Origin: an uncultured Opitutales bacterium
Lineage (GTDB): Bacteria > Verrucomicrobiota > Verrucomicrobiia > Opitutales > Intestinicryptomonadaceae
NCBI GenBank assembly: GCA_934613415.1
Contig: CAKTSY010000001.1
Location: forward strand, 210,001-242,000
Direction of reading: 5' to 3'
Length of the DNA: 32,000 nt
Both the position numbers and the translations under genes were made by a program. Under the pieces are notes generated by a model. The model had not been told where the DNA came from, did not search any database, and saw only the letters and a list, made by a program, of their open reading frames with translations. The stretch's first letter is position 1, and the number at the start of each line of letters is the position of its first letter. Shown in pieces: positions 1 through 7,886 of the stretch.

Positions 1-54
1 TTGTAGTATACAACATTCATATAATTGCCCCAACTTTGGCATTGGCCGCAAAAA

Positions 55-82
55 TTTACAAACATTTTTAACTTTGTATTTT
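55..82 (+). promoter_or_regulatory. candidate sigma-70-like promoter for the 100..2634 operon
   Basis: TTTACA (55-60), a 16-nt spacer and TATTTT (77-82) lie about 18 nt upstream of the ATG at 100. This is a pattern match only; the promoter consensus of this organism is unknown. Confidence 0.2.
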
Positions 83-99
83 CTTGATAGAAATAGCAA

Positions 100-735
100 A
101 TGTCCTACTATAATCGGCAAATGTTTTTTAAATATGCAAAGGTAATACTCGTAATATTGGCGGCTGTGGCTGTTCAATATTTTTGGGGCTTTGCGCAAAT
201 TGTAGAGGCTTTCGAAGAATTTGCAAAAAACAATTCCGCCACATACGTTTTTTTGCCCGTTATGGGCATAGGGTGCGCCGTGGGCGTACCGCTTTCGTTT
301 TGCTATGTGTTTGCCGCAAGCGCATATACGTTGCCAAAAGCTTTTTTGCTTTGCATTATAGGGCTTTTTACAAGCTCGCTTATAGGTTTTTTTATAGGCA
401 ACGTGTTTTCGGAACTGCCCTATGTAAAAAAACTTAAAAACGAATTTTTGCCAAAGCATGCCGAAGACGCCATATATTTTAAACTTAATTTCTTTATAAG
501 GGCAATTCCCGGGGTTCCCTATTTTGCGCAAAACCTAATATTGGCTTCGCTTTCAAAAAAAGTGCAACTTTTTACATATTTGCTTATAAATATTTGCGTG
601 CAAGGGCTTATTGCGCTTGCAATGATTTTGATTTTCAACGCGGCTTTTAGGGAAAAGTTTTTAATTGCCATAACCCTTGTTATTGCGCTAATTGCAACCT
701 ATGTAGTTTTGAAAAAAAGATGCCCAAGAATGTAA
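100..735 (+). CDS. TVP38/TMEM64-type (DedA superfamily, SNARE-associated/VTT domain) integral membrane protein
   Basis: 211 aa with an ATG start and multiple hydrophobic helices. The motif 'FFIRAIPGVPYFAQNLILASLSKKVQLFTYLL' matches the R-x-IP-x-x-P...N...G/A pattern of DedA/TVP38 proteins, and 'GFFIGNVF' sits upstream of it. The 3' end overlaps the next gene by 16 nt. Confidence 0.6.
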   Translation: MSYYNRQMFFKYAKVILVILAAVAVQYFWGFAQIVEAFEEFAKNNSATYVFLPVMGIGCAVGVPLSFCYVFAASAYTLPKAFLLCIIGLFTSSLIGFFIGNVFSELPYVKKLKNEFLPKHAEDAIYFKLNFFIRAIPGVPYFAQNLILASLSKKVQLFTYLLINICVQGLIALAMILIFNAAFREKFLIAITLVIALIATYVVLKKRCPRM

Positions 736-1502
736 AAGAATTTTTTTGCTCGCTTTGGTTTTGCATGGGCTTTGTAGTTTTCGGCATTTTGGCAATACCC
801 GCCGTTTTGGCCTCGGTTTTGGCGTATATTATTTTGTTTTTCGACAAAGGTTTGCGCTGCAGGGCAATTTCAGCAATAATACAAGCTGCAATGAGGCTGT
901 ATGTATTTTTTGCGCTGCCTAAAATGGGCGGGTATACCGTAAAAATTTGCGGCAAAGAAAACCTTAACAAAGCCGATATTTATGTGGCAAACCACACCTC
1001 CTTTATAGACCCCTTTATAATGCTGGCTCTAATAGGCGATGCGGGAATTTTGGTAAAGACAAAATACAAAAGAAACCCCTTCATTTTGATTTTCTTTTAC
1101 ATATTCAATTTCGTGTCGATTTCTAAAGACGACATTTTGTCGGTTCAAAACTCCTATAGAAAATGCGCCGAAGTTTTAAACGAAAACCACCGCCTTATAA
1201 TATTCCCCGAAGGCCAACGCAGCCGCAGCTGCCAGCTTGCAGACTTTAAAAAATCGGCATTTAAGCTTGCAAAAGAGCTAAATAAAACCGTAGCAACCTG
1301 CACAATTCGCTTTAGTGACAAATTTATGGCAAAGGGGCAAAAAAGTTTCCGCCCAAAGTTTATGCAAACGCTTACAATTTGCATAGGCAAACCCATAAGC
1401 CCCCAAAACTGCCGCAACGCCGACGCAATTTCGGCAAAAGCCTACAACGAAATTTACCGCAACATAAAAAGCATAGACGCAAATTTAAAAAACACAAAAT
1501 AA
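720..1502 (+). CDS. PlsC-family 1-acyl-sn-glycerol-3-phosphate / lysophospholipid acyltransferase with N-terminal membrane anchor
   Basis: 260 aa. It has the HX4D catalytic motif 'NHTSFID' and the second acyltransferase block 'IFPEGQRSRS'. Two N-terminal hydrophobic segments are present. Confidence 0.8.
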   Translation: MPKNVKEFFCSLWFCMGFVVFGILAIPAVLASVLAYIILFFDKGLRCRAISAIIQAAMRLYVFFALPKMGGYTVKICGKENLNKADIYVANHTSFIDPFIMLALIGDAGILVKTKYKRNPFILIFFYIFNFVSISKDDILSVQNSYRKCAEVLNENHRLIIFPEGQRSRSCQLADFKKSAFKLAKELNKTVATCTIRFSDKFMAKGQKSFRPKFMQTLTICIGKPISPQNCRNADAISAKAYNEIYRNIKSIDANLKNTK

Positions 1503-1507
1503 CCACA

Positions 1508-1933
1508 ATGGACAAAGAAGAAATTAAAAAGCTGCTTTTGCACAGAGAACCCTTTTTGATGGTCGACAAAGTTATTTCGCACACCGACACGCAAATAGAA
1601 TGCGAATTGTTTTTAGACGAAAATTTGCCGTTTTTTAAGGGACATTTTCCGGGGCAGCCCATTATGCCTGGAGTGCTTACCTGCGAAGCCCTTGCCCAAA
1701 CGGGCGGAATTTTGCTTGCGCTAAAAAATGCCTCTCAAAACAAAATGTTTTACTTGGCATCGGCAAATATGAAATATTTAAAGGTTGCCCGCCCGCCCGA
1801 AACGTTAAAACTTTGCGTAAAAATTGTGCGCAGCTTTAACGGGCTTTATCAGTTTTCGGCTACAGCCTATGTTGACACCGACAAAATTGCAGAGGGTACC
1901 ATTGTTTTGGCGGCAGCAAAAAACGCGCAATGA
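1508..1933 (+). CDS. fabZ: 3-hydroxyacyl-ACP dehydratase, FabZ family (hotdog fold)
   Basis: The motifs 'LLHREPFLMVDKV' and 'FFKGHFPGQPIMPGVLTCEALAQ' are canonical FabZ motifs and include the catalytic His and Glu. The start was moved from 1379 to the ATG at 1508, because the upstream part of the ORF is Arg/Lys-rich and overlaps the PlsC-like gene. The stop overlaps the next start (ATGA). Confidence 0.8.
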   Translation: MDKEEIKKLLLHREPFLMVDKVISHTDTQIECELFLDENLPFFKGHFPGQPIMPGVLTCEALAQTGGILLALKNASQNKMFYLASANMKYLKVARPPETLKLCVKIVRSFNGLYQFSATAYVDTDKIAEGTIVLAAAKNAQ

Positions 1934-2634
1934 AGTTTTTAATATTAAGAGGCAACCCGCGCAAAACCGGCCTTAGCGAAAAGCTTGGCAACCTGTTTAA
2001 AGAGGGCTTAAAAGACGCAAACGCCGAAATTTTCGACATAGATTTGGCAGCGCAAAACATTGCACCGTGCAAAGGCTGTTTTGCGTGCGTAAAAACGGGC
2101 AAATGCGTGCAAAACGACAATATGCAAAACATTTTGTGCCTTTTAAAAGAATGCGACGCCATTGTGTGCATAAGCCCCGTATATTTTTATTCTACAAGCT
2201 CGCTTGTAAAAATATTTTTCGACAGATGCTTCCCCTTAATAGACGGATACACCTACAATGCTAAAAACAATGCGGTAGAAAATTCTACCGCGTTAAAGGG
2301 CAAAAAATTTATCACCATAAGCTGCGCTCTTGGGCGCAAAAACTCGGCGTTTGGCGTTATAGGCCAAACATATTCAAGCATTGCAAGCGCGCTAAACCTA
2401 AACTACATCGCAAACATTTGCCGAGGCGAAGCCCCCTTGCTAGGCGAAAATTCGCAAACATCTTTAAGGGTAAGAAAAATATTTGCGGCCTTCCGCGAAA
2501 TGGGCAAAGAGCTTGGCGAAAAAGACGAAATAAGCCAAAGTTCAATAGATGTAGCCGAACTTTATCTAAGCTTGTCGGACGAACAGTTTGCCAAAAATGC
2601 AAAAATTTTTTGGGATATAGAAAAACGAAGATAG
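1930..2634 (+). CDS. iron-sulfur flavoprotein (Isf-like) / NADPH-dependent FMN reductase family protein
   Basis: 234 aa. The flavodoxin-like N-terminus 'MKFLILRGNPRKTG' is followed by the compact cysteine motif C-x2-C-x2-C-x5-C ('CKGCFACVKTGKC', nt 2068-2106). That motif is characteristic of Isf-type 4Fe-4S flavoproteins. 'ISPVYFYS' matches the FMN reductase family. Confidence 0.6.
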   Translation: MKFLILRGNPRKTGLSEKLGNLFKEGLKDANAEIFDIDLAAQNIAPCKGCFACVKTGKCVQNDNMQNILCLLKECDAIVCISPVYFYSTSSLVKIFFDRCFPLIDGYTYNAKNNAVENSTALKGKKFITISCALGRKNSAFGVIGQTYSSIASALNLNYIANICRGEAPLLGENSQTSLRVRKIFAAFREMGKELGEKDEISQSSIDVAELYLSLSDEQFAKNAKIFWDIEKRR

Positions 2635-2705
2635 CGCGTTTTTTTTAATTGTCTTTTAAACAAAAAATGCGGCTTGTAAAAAATATGCCGACTTTTGCCC
2701 AATTT

Positions 2706-3440
2706 TTACGCGTGCGAAATTAGCCCGCCGTCTACAACAAGGCACTGACCCGTAATATACGAGGCGTCGTCGCACGCCAAAAACAAAACCGCCTTTGCAA
2801 TTTCGGCTGGGTCTGCAAAACGCTTTAATGTAATTTTTTCGCACTGGGCTGCGGCTATGGCACGGGGTATTTTTGCGGTCATATCGGTCTTAACAAAACC
2901 GGGAGCTACCGCGTTTACGCGAATGCCCTTCATGCCGCCTTCGGCAGCCGCCACGCGCATAAACGAAAGCATTGCGCCCTTGCTTGCCGCATAGTTTGCC
3001 TGCCCTACAACGCCAGTTAAGCCCGACACCGACGAAACAAACACAACGCTGCCCGATTTTTTTGCATACATTTTGCGCATAACCGCCTTTGTCCACAAAA
3101 ACGCGCCAGTAAGGTTTGTGTCGATAACGCTTTTAAAATCGCATTCGCTCATAAGCATTATGTAGCCGTCTTTTGTAATGCCTGCGTTGTTTACAAGAAT
3201 ATCTATCTTGCCGCGTTCGGCGCAAATTTCGTCTACAATGCGCGAGATTTCTTCGGGGTTATCCTGCCCGCATTGATACGCTTTGCCGCCTATTTTTTTT
3301 GCCAAATCTTCGGCAAGCTGTGCGGAAGACTTATATGTAAAGCAAACAAACGCGCCCTCTTCGGCAAAAAGCTCTGCTGTGGCAGCCCCTATACCGCGCG
3401 AACCGCCCGTAATCAAAACCGTTTTACCTGCAAGTTTCAC
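2706..3440 (-). CDS. fabG: 3-oxoacyl-ACP reductase (SDR family)
   Basis: 244 aa with 'TGGSRGIG' (the TGxxxGxG cofactor-binding site), 'NNAGIT' and the catalytic Ser plus 'YAASKGA' (YxxxK). The GTG start overlaps the upstream stop by 1 nt (TAGTG). Confidence 0.85.
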   Translation of the reverse strand: MKLAGKTVLITGGSRGIGAATAELFAEEGAFVCFTYKSSAQLAEDLAKKIGGKAYQCGQDNPEEISRIVDEICAERGKIDILVNNAGITKDGYIMLMSECDFKSVIDTNLTGAFLWTKAVMRKMYAKKSGSVVFVSSVSGLTGVVGQANYAASKGAMLSFMRVAAAEGGMKGIRVNAVAPGFVKTDMTAKIPRAIAAAQCEKITLKRFADPAEIAKAVLFLACDDASYITGQCLVVDGGLISHA

Positions 3441-4507
3441 TATTGCTCCATTCCGTTTTCAAGGCTTTTTGTCATTACGCACGGGCGCGAAATTGTAGAA
3501 ATATCGCCCAAATTTTCGCTTGCCTTCGAGGAAAATTCGAAGCCCGCCAAAGCGTATTTGCGCTTAAAAATAGCCATTCCCAAATTGTCGTTTAGCGCAT
3601 AGCTAAATTTGCTGCAAACAACGCGCCCTACGCTTTCGCCGTCGGCAAAAATTTCGGCGTTGTCGGCAATATTGCCCTTTACGCAAACTACTGGCATTAA
3701 AGATTCGTCTTTGCGGTATCCGAATATTTTTTCAGAGCCCGAAAACGATTCCTTGTCGAAATCTACCGCCCACAATAGCCCAAGCTGCGCCATATTGCCT
3801 ACTTTTGCACCTTCGTTTCTGGCGCAGTAAAAGTTCGATTCCATTGCAGCCAAGTCCAACGCCTTAAATCCGCCAAGAGTGCCTTTTAAACTTTCCACCG
3901 CGCATTTAAGCTGTTTAAAAAGTTTGCCTGCAACCGCCTTGGGCGCAAAAAACATATAGCCAAATTCGCCCGTTTTGCCGCAGCGCAACAAAACAACCTT
4001 TTCGCCCTCGTAGTCGTACGTTTCGCACGACATAAACGAAAGGTTTAAAATGTCGGAACCAAAAACCTCTTTTGCCGCCTTATACGCCAAAGGCCCGTCT
4101 ACCGAAAAAAGGCAGTGGGTTTCGCCCGCGTCTTTTGCGCCGTTTTTTAAAGCCGAAATATCGGCATTTTCCAAAGCGTCGGCAATAAGCAAAACAAAGT
4201 CGCCTGTGTCGGCAACAAAAGTTTCGGCTGCAATATTTCCGTTATTGTCGGCAAAAAACGAATCTACAACTTTGCCGTATCTAAGCTTTAATATGTTCGA
4301 AGTCAACACGGCGTCGAGATTGTCTATTGCGTCGCTTTCGGTATAAATAAAAGGTTTTAAATACGACAAGTCGCTTAAAAGCACGCTGTTGCGCAATGCC
4401 GCATATTCGTCTTTAAGCGACTTATACACCGCAACAGCTTCGCTGCCCACCACGCAGGCAAACTCTTCGGCATTCGCCCAATTTTCTTTTAAAAGCATAG
4501 TTTTCAT
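3440..4507 (-). CDS. GcvT-family (aminomethyltransferase / folate-binding T-protein fold) protein, function unknown
   Basis: 355 aa. Colinear resemblance to glycine-cleavage T protein is visible in several blocks. 'RNSVLLSDLSYLKPFIY' resembles 'aglfDvShmgki.v', 'LRCGKTGEFGYMFF' resembles 'iSRTGYTGEdGFEi', and 'LGLLWAVDFDKESFSGSEKI' resembles 'aGLgwaVkldkgdFiGreal'. The gene is translationally coupled on both sides. Confidence 0.6.
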   Translation of the reverse strand: MKTMLLKENWANAEEFACVVGSEAVAVYKSLKDEYAALRNSVLLSDLSYLKPFIYTESDAIDNLDAVLTSNILKLRYGKVVDSFFADNNGNIAAETFVADTGDFVLLIADALENADISALKNGAKDAGETHCLFSVDGPLAYKAAKEVFGSDILNLSFMSCETYDYEGEKVVLLRCGKTGEFGYMFFAPKAVAGKLFKQLKCAVESLKGTLGGFKALDLAAMESNFYCARNEGAKVGNMAQLGLLWAVDFDKESFSGSEKIFGYRKDESLMPVVCVKGNIADNAEIFADGESVGRVVCSKFSYALNDNLGMAIFKRKYALAGFEFSSKASENLGDISTISRPCVMTKSLENGMEQ

Positions 4508-4776
4508 TTAGTTGCCAAAATATAGTCTACCAAAGTGTTTATCGAACGCAGCTCGCCAAGCCCCGATTCGGGCATTTTCACTCCAAAATTGCTTTCTACG
4601 CAGCTTACAACTTCAAGAATGTCCAGCGAGTCTAACCCAAGGCCAAGGCCCACAATGGGAATATCGTCGGACAAATCGCTCGGCAAATAGGGCAAATCCA
4701 AAGCCTCTATAAGTTTGCGTTTCAGCTCCGAACAAACGTTGCGTCTTTTCTCAAGATTTTCGTTGTTGACTATCAT
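4504..4776 (-). CDS. acyl carrier protein (cluster-specific ACP 1)
   Basis: 90 aa. The phosphopantetheine attachment motif 'GLGLDSLDILEVV' (DSL serine) is present. The ATG start and the ATGA overlap with the downstream GcvT-like gene are clear. Confidence 0.8.
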   Translation of the reverse strand: MIVNNENLEKRRNVCSELKRKLIEALDLPYLPSDLSDDIPIVGLGLGLDSLDILEVVSCVESNFGVKMPESGLGELRSINTLVDYILATK

Positions 4777-4849
4777 ATTTTAGATACCTTTTATAAAAAA
4801 ATTACTATTGCTTTTATATAAACACTATTCAAGCGCAAAAAGTCTGCCT

Positions 4850-5563
4850 ATGAAAATCTGTGCGGTAATTGCCTGCTACAACCACAACAAAAGCCTAAAC
4901 TACGTTGCCGAAACCGTTTCGCGCAACTTTTTTACCATTGTTGTAGACGACGGCTCGCAAACCCCCGTAAGCTTTAAAAACCCCAACTCGCTTGTTATAA
5001 GGAATAAAAAAAACCTGGGCAAGGCGCAGTCGCTAAAAATTGCGTTTAAAAAGGCTTGCGCGCTTGGGTTTACACACGCAATAACTTTAGATGCCGACTT
5101 GCAACACCCGCCCGAATTTGCGCAAAATTTTGCAAAGGCTGCCGCCGAAAATAAAAATTGCATCATTGTGGGAGTAAGAGACTTTGAACACCCTACAATG
5201 CCAATTCCACCAAAACGGCTTTTTATGAACAAATTTTCCAACTTTTGGTTTTACAAAGAAACAAAAGTAAAGCTTGGCGACACGCAATGCGGCTATAGAT
5301 GCTACCCGTTAAACGAGATAGAAAAACTAAAGCTGAACTTTTCGGGCTTTGTTTTTGAAACCGAAATTTTGGTAAAAGCCTGCTGGGGAAACATAGCCTT
5401 AAAAGAGCTTAAAATACCCGCCGTATATACCGAAGAAAGCATAAAAAATTCGCACTACAAGCCCTTTTTAGACACGCTTAAATTTTCGATTATGAATACA
5501 AGGCTATATTTCGAGAGTCTCTTGCTGCCAAAATGCATATTAAAAAAGCTGGCTTTAAAATAG
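4850..5563 (+). CDS. family 2 glycosyltransferase
   Basis: It has 'ICAVIACYNH', 'VVDDGS', the DxD-type block 'TLDADLQHPP' and 'QCGYRCYP'. The start was set at ATG 4850; the listed ORF begins at a TTG at 4808. Confidence 0.8.
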   Translation: MKICAVIACYNHNKSLNYVAETVSRNFFTIVVDDGSQTPVSFKNPNSLVIRNKKNLGKAQSLKIAFKKACALGFTHAITLDADLQHPPEFAQNFAKAAAENKNCIIVGVRDFEHPTMPIPPKRLFMNKFSNFWFYKETKVKLGDTQCGYRCYPLNEIEKLKLNFSGFVFETEILVKACWGNIALKELKIPAVYTEESIKNSHYKPFLDTLKFSIMNTRLYFESLLLPKCILKKLALK

Positions 5564-5567
5564 TTTT

Positions 5568-7886
5568 ATGCGCATAAAAAACCTAGTTATTTTCCTGATT
5601 GCGGCAGTGGCACTGTGCGTATTTGCCGCATTGCGCCTTACAAACGCCGCTTTCGACGAAAATCCGTTCGACATACTTGCCGTTGTAAACGACTCTATCT
5701 TATCGCAAAAAAAGGCAGCCGAAAATCTGGATTTTTCGAGAAAGGTATATTTTAACGTTTCGGGCAAAAACGCGCTTATGGCCGCCGAAAATTTGGCAAA
5801 AGAGCTTGAAAAATCGGGCGCAAAAGTAAACCGCCCGAAAATTTCGCCCGAAAATTTCGAAAATACAATAGACAACATAACATATTCTTTTGCCTACATA
5901 TTTAACGCAAACCGCGAAAACTTTTTAAACGGGCTAAAAAAAGAGGAAACAAAAAAACGTTTGGCAGAATTTAAAAAGAAAATGCTTTCGCCCGAAGGCG
6001 CTGTTGCAAAAAAAATCTTGGCAAAAGACCCCTTCGGAATGTGCAATGTTGTTTTCGGCTATTTGGCGGAATTTAAAGACCCAAACTGCGAAATAAAAAA
6101 CGGCTTTCTTTGCAAAGACAACAATATATTGCTTGTTGCCACGGTAGACTTTGCGCCGTCTAACACGAAAAAGGCGGCCGAATTTTACGAATTTGCAAAA
6201 AATACGACGCAAAAAATAGACGAAGAATTGGGAACTAAAACGGCATTTAGCGGCGGCTGCATTACCAGTGCCGAAAACGCAAAAATTTCTAAAAGCGAGT
6301 CGTCTAAATCGCTATATATAACGGCGTTTTTGTTGGCGTGCATTTGCGCGGTTGCGTTTAAAAGAAAGCTTAACCTTATATTTGCAATAGCCCCCGCTTT
6401 GGCGGGCATGGGGGCTGCACTTTGCATTTTAACTTTTGTGTATGCAAAAATTTCGGTAATTGCGTTGGCGTTTGCCGCAATAGCCGTAGGGGTTGGCATA
6501 GACTACGCAATACACATAATCTATGCCATAGAATCGGGGCGCGAACCGAACAAAATAGTAGCAGATTTTGCAAAGCCCATTTGCATTGCGGCGGGAACAA
6601 GCATTGCGGCGTTTGTCATAATATTTTCCTTTTCTAACACGGGCTTTGCGCAGCTTGGTTTTTTTGGGGCTTTTGGCATTTTGCTTACCGCAATTTTTAC
6701 GCTTTGCCTGCCATTTTTATACAAAAAATCTAGACTGCAAAAGGTAACAATTTTCGAAAAATTGGGGCAAAAAATTTACAACATTCAAAGCCGTTTTGGC
6801 AAAGCGTTGTTTTTTGGAGCTGCCCTTTCGATTTTGCCTGCTGTGTTTTTTGCTTTTAAAATAAATTTCGAAAGCGACATAAATTCTTTAAACGGAATTT
6901 CCGCCCAAAGAAAGACCGACTCGCAGCTTATTACCAAGCTTTGGGCAAACGCCCTTTTCAACGACACCTACGCCGTTGTGTATGCCGACACGCCAGAAGC
7001 TTTAAGGCAAAACAACGAACTTTTAGCAAAATTTTTAAAAACGCAAAATTTAAATTTTAAAAGCGCAAGCATACTATGCCCTTCAAACAAAAGCGCGCAA
7101 AACAGCCTAGAAAATTGGCAAAAGTTTTGGGTATCGCCCCAGGGCAAACAGGCGGTGGCAAACTTTTTAGAATCGGCAAAAGAGCTTGGCTTTAAGCCCG
7201 AATTTTTTAAAGACGCAATATTAAACGCACAAAACAAACACGACATAAAATGCCTGCAAAAAACGCCCTTTAGCGACTTTGCCGAAAATTTCATTTCGCA
7301 AAAGGCGGCCCTTACAATAATAAAGAATGTAGACGGCGAAAAGTTCGAAATTTTGGAACGCCAAATGAAAGAATTTATGCCGGAGGCAAGCCTATATAAC
7401 GCAAAGGAATTCGGCAAAAATATGGCAAGTCTTTCTAAAATTTGGACGGCAAAATTTGCGTTCTTTGCCGTATTGTTTGCCGCAGCCTACCTGCTTGTTA
7501 TGTTCAAAAGCATAAAAAAGCCCCTTGTTGTGATGCTAAGCGTATTTTTGGGCATTTTGTGGGCGGCAGCCATTATGGGCATATTTAAAATTTCAATAAA
7601 CCCCATAAACGCAATATTTGTAATCTTTGCAATATGTTTGGCACAAGACTATGCCGTGTTTACAATTTGCGCAAAAGACAACAACCCAGCAAAAACTCAG
7701 GCGTGCGTTGCGCTTTCGGCACTTACAACAATAATCGCCTTCGGCTCTTTGGCGTTAACACAAAGCCCGGTGCTAAAAAGTTTGGGTTTGGCTGGCGCTA
7801 TATCCATATTATGTGTTTGGCTGGCGTCTTCTTGCATAACATATCCGCTCTGTAGAATTTTTATTAAAGACAATGCAAAACGTTAA
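5568..7886 (+). CDS. MMPL / RND-superfamily predicted lipid exporter
   Basis: 772 aa with a duplicated architecture: a TM helix, a soluble domain of about 220 aa and a TM bundle, repeated twice. The first bundle contains 'AVGVGIDYAIHIIY', which is typical of MMPL/RND transporters. Confidence 0.75.
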   Translation: MRIKNLVIFLIAAVALCVFAALRLTNAAFDENPFDILAVVNDSILSQKKAAENLDFSRKVYFNVSGKNALMAAENLAKELEKSGAKVNRPKISPENFENTIDNITYSFAYIFNANRENFLNGLKKEETKKRLAEFKKKMLSPEGAVAKKILAKDPFGMCNVVFGYLAEFKDPNCEIKNGFLCKDNNILLVATVDFAPSNTKKAAEFYEFAKNTTQKIDEELGTKTAFSGGCITSAENAKISKSESSKSLYITAFLLACICAVAFKRKLNLIFAIAPALAGMGAALCILTFVYAKISVIALAFAAIAVGVGIDYAIHIIYAIESGREPNKIVADFAKPICIAAGTSIAAFVIIFSFSNTGFAQLGFFGAFGILLTAIFTLCLPFLYKKSRLQKVTIFEKLGQKIYNIQSRFGKALFFGAALSILPAVFFAFKINFESDINSLNGISAQRKTDSQLITKLWANALFNDTYAVVYADTPEALRQNNELLAKFLKTQNLNFKSASILCPSNKSAQNSLENWQKFWVSPQGKQAVANFLESAKELGFKPEFFKDAILNAQNKHDIKCLQKTPFSDFAENFISQKAALTIIKNVDGEKFEILERQMKEFMPEASLYNAKEFGKNMASLSKIWTAKFAFFAVLFAAAYLLVMFKSIKKPLVVMLSVFLGILWAAAIMGIFKISINPINAIFVIFAICLAQDYAVFTICAKDNNPAKTQACVALSALTTIIAFGSLALTQSPVLKSLGLAGAISILCVWLASSCITYPLCRIFIKDNAKR

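Noticed and set aside
1379-1507. The N-terminal 43 codons of the listed 184-aa dehydratase ORF.
   Set aside because: The translation is Arg/Lys/Pro/His-rich junk that overlaps the 3' end of the PlsC-like gene in another frame. The FabZ homology begins at the ATG at 1508.
2635-2705. A possible terminator between the convergent flavoprotein and fabG genes.
   Set aside because: The region contains a T8 run, but I could find only 3-4 bp of potential stems. That is not enough to call a rho-independent terminator.
5006-5013. An A8 homopolymer inside the glycosyltransferase gene, considered as a possible slipped-strand phase-variation switch. Similar A7-A8 runs occur near 5950 and 6010.
   Set aside because: Runs of 7-8 A/T are frequent throughout this AT-rich, Lys-codon-rich sequence. 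This run encodes an ordinary 'NKKN' stretch. There is no enrichment at a 5' end and no evidence of length variation.
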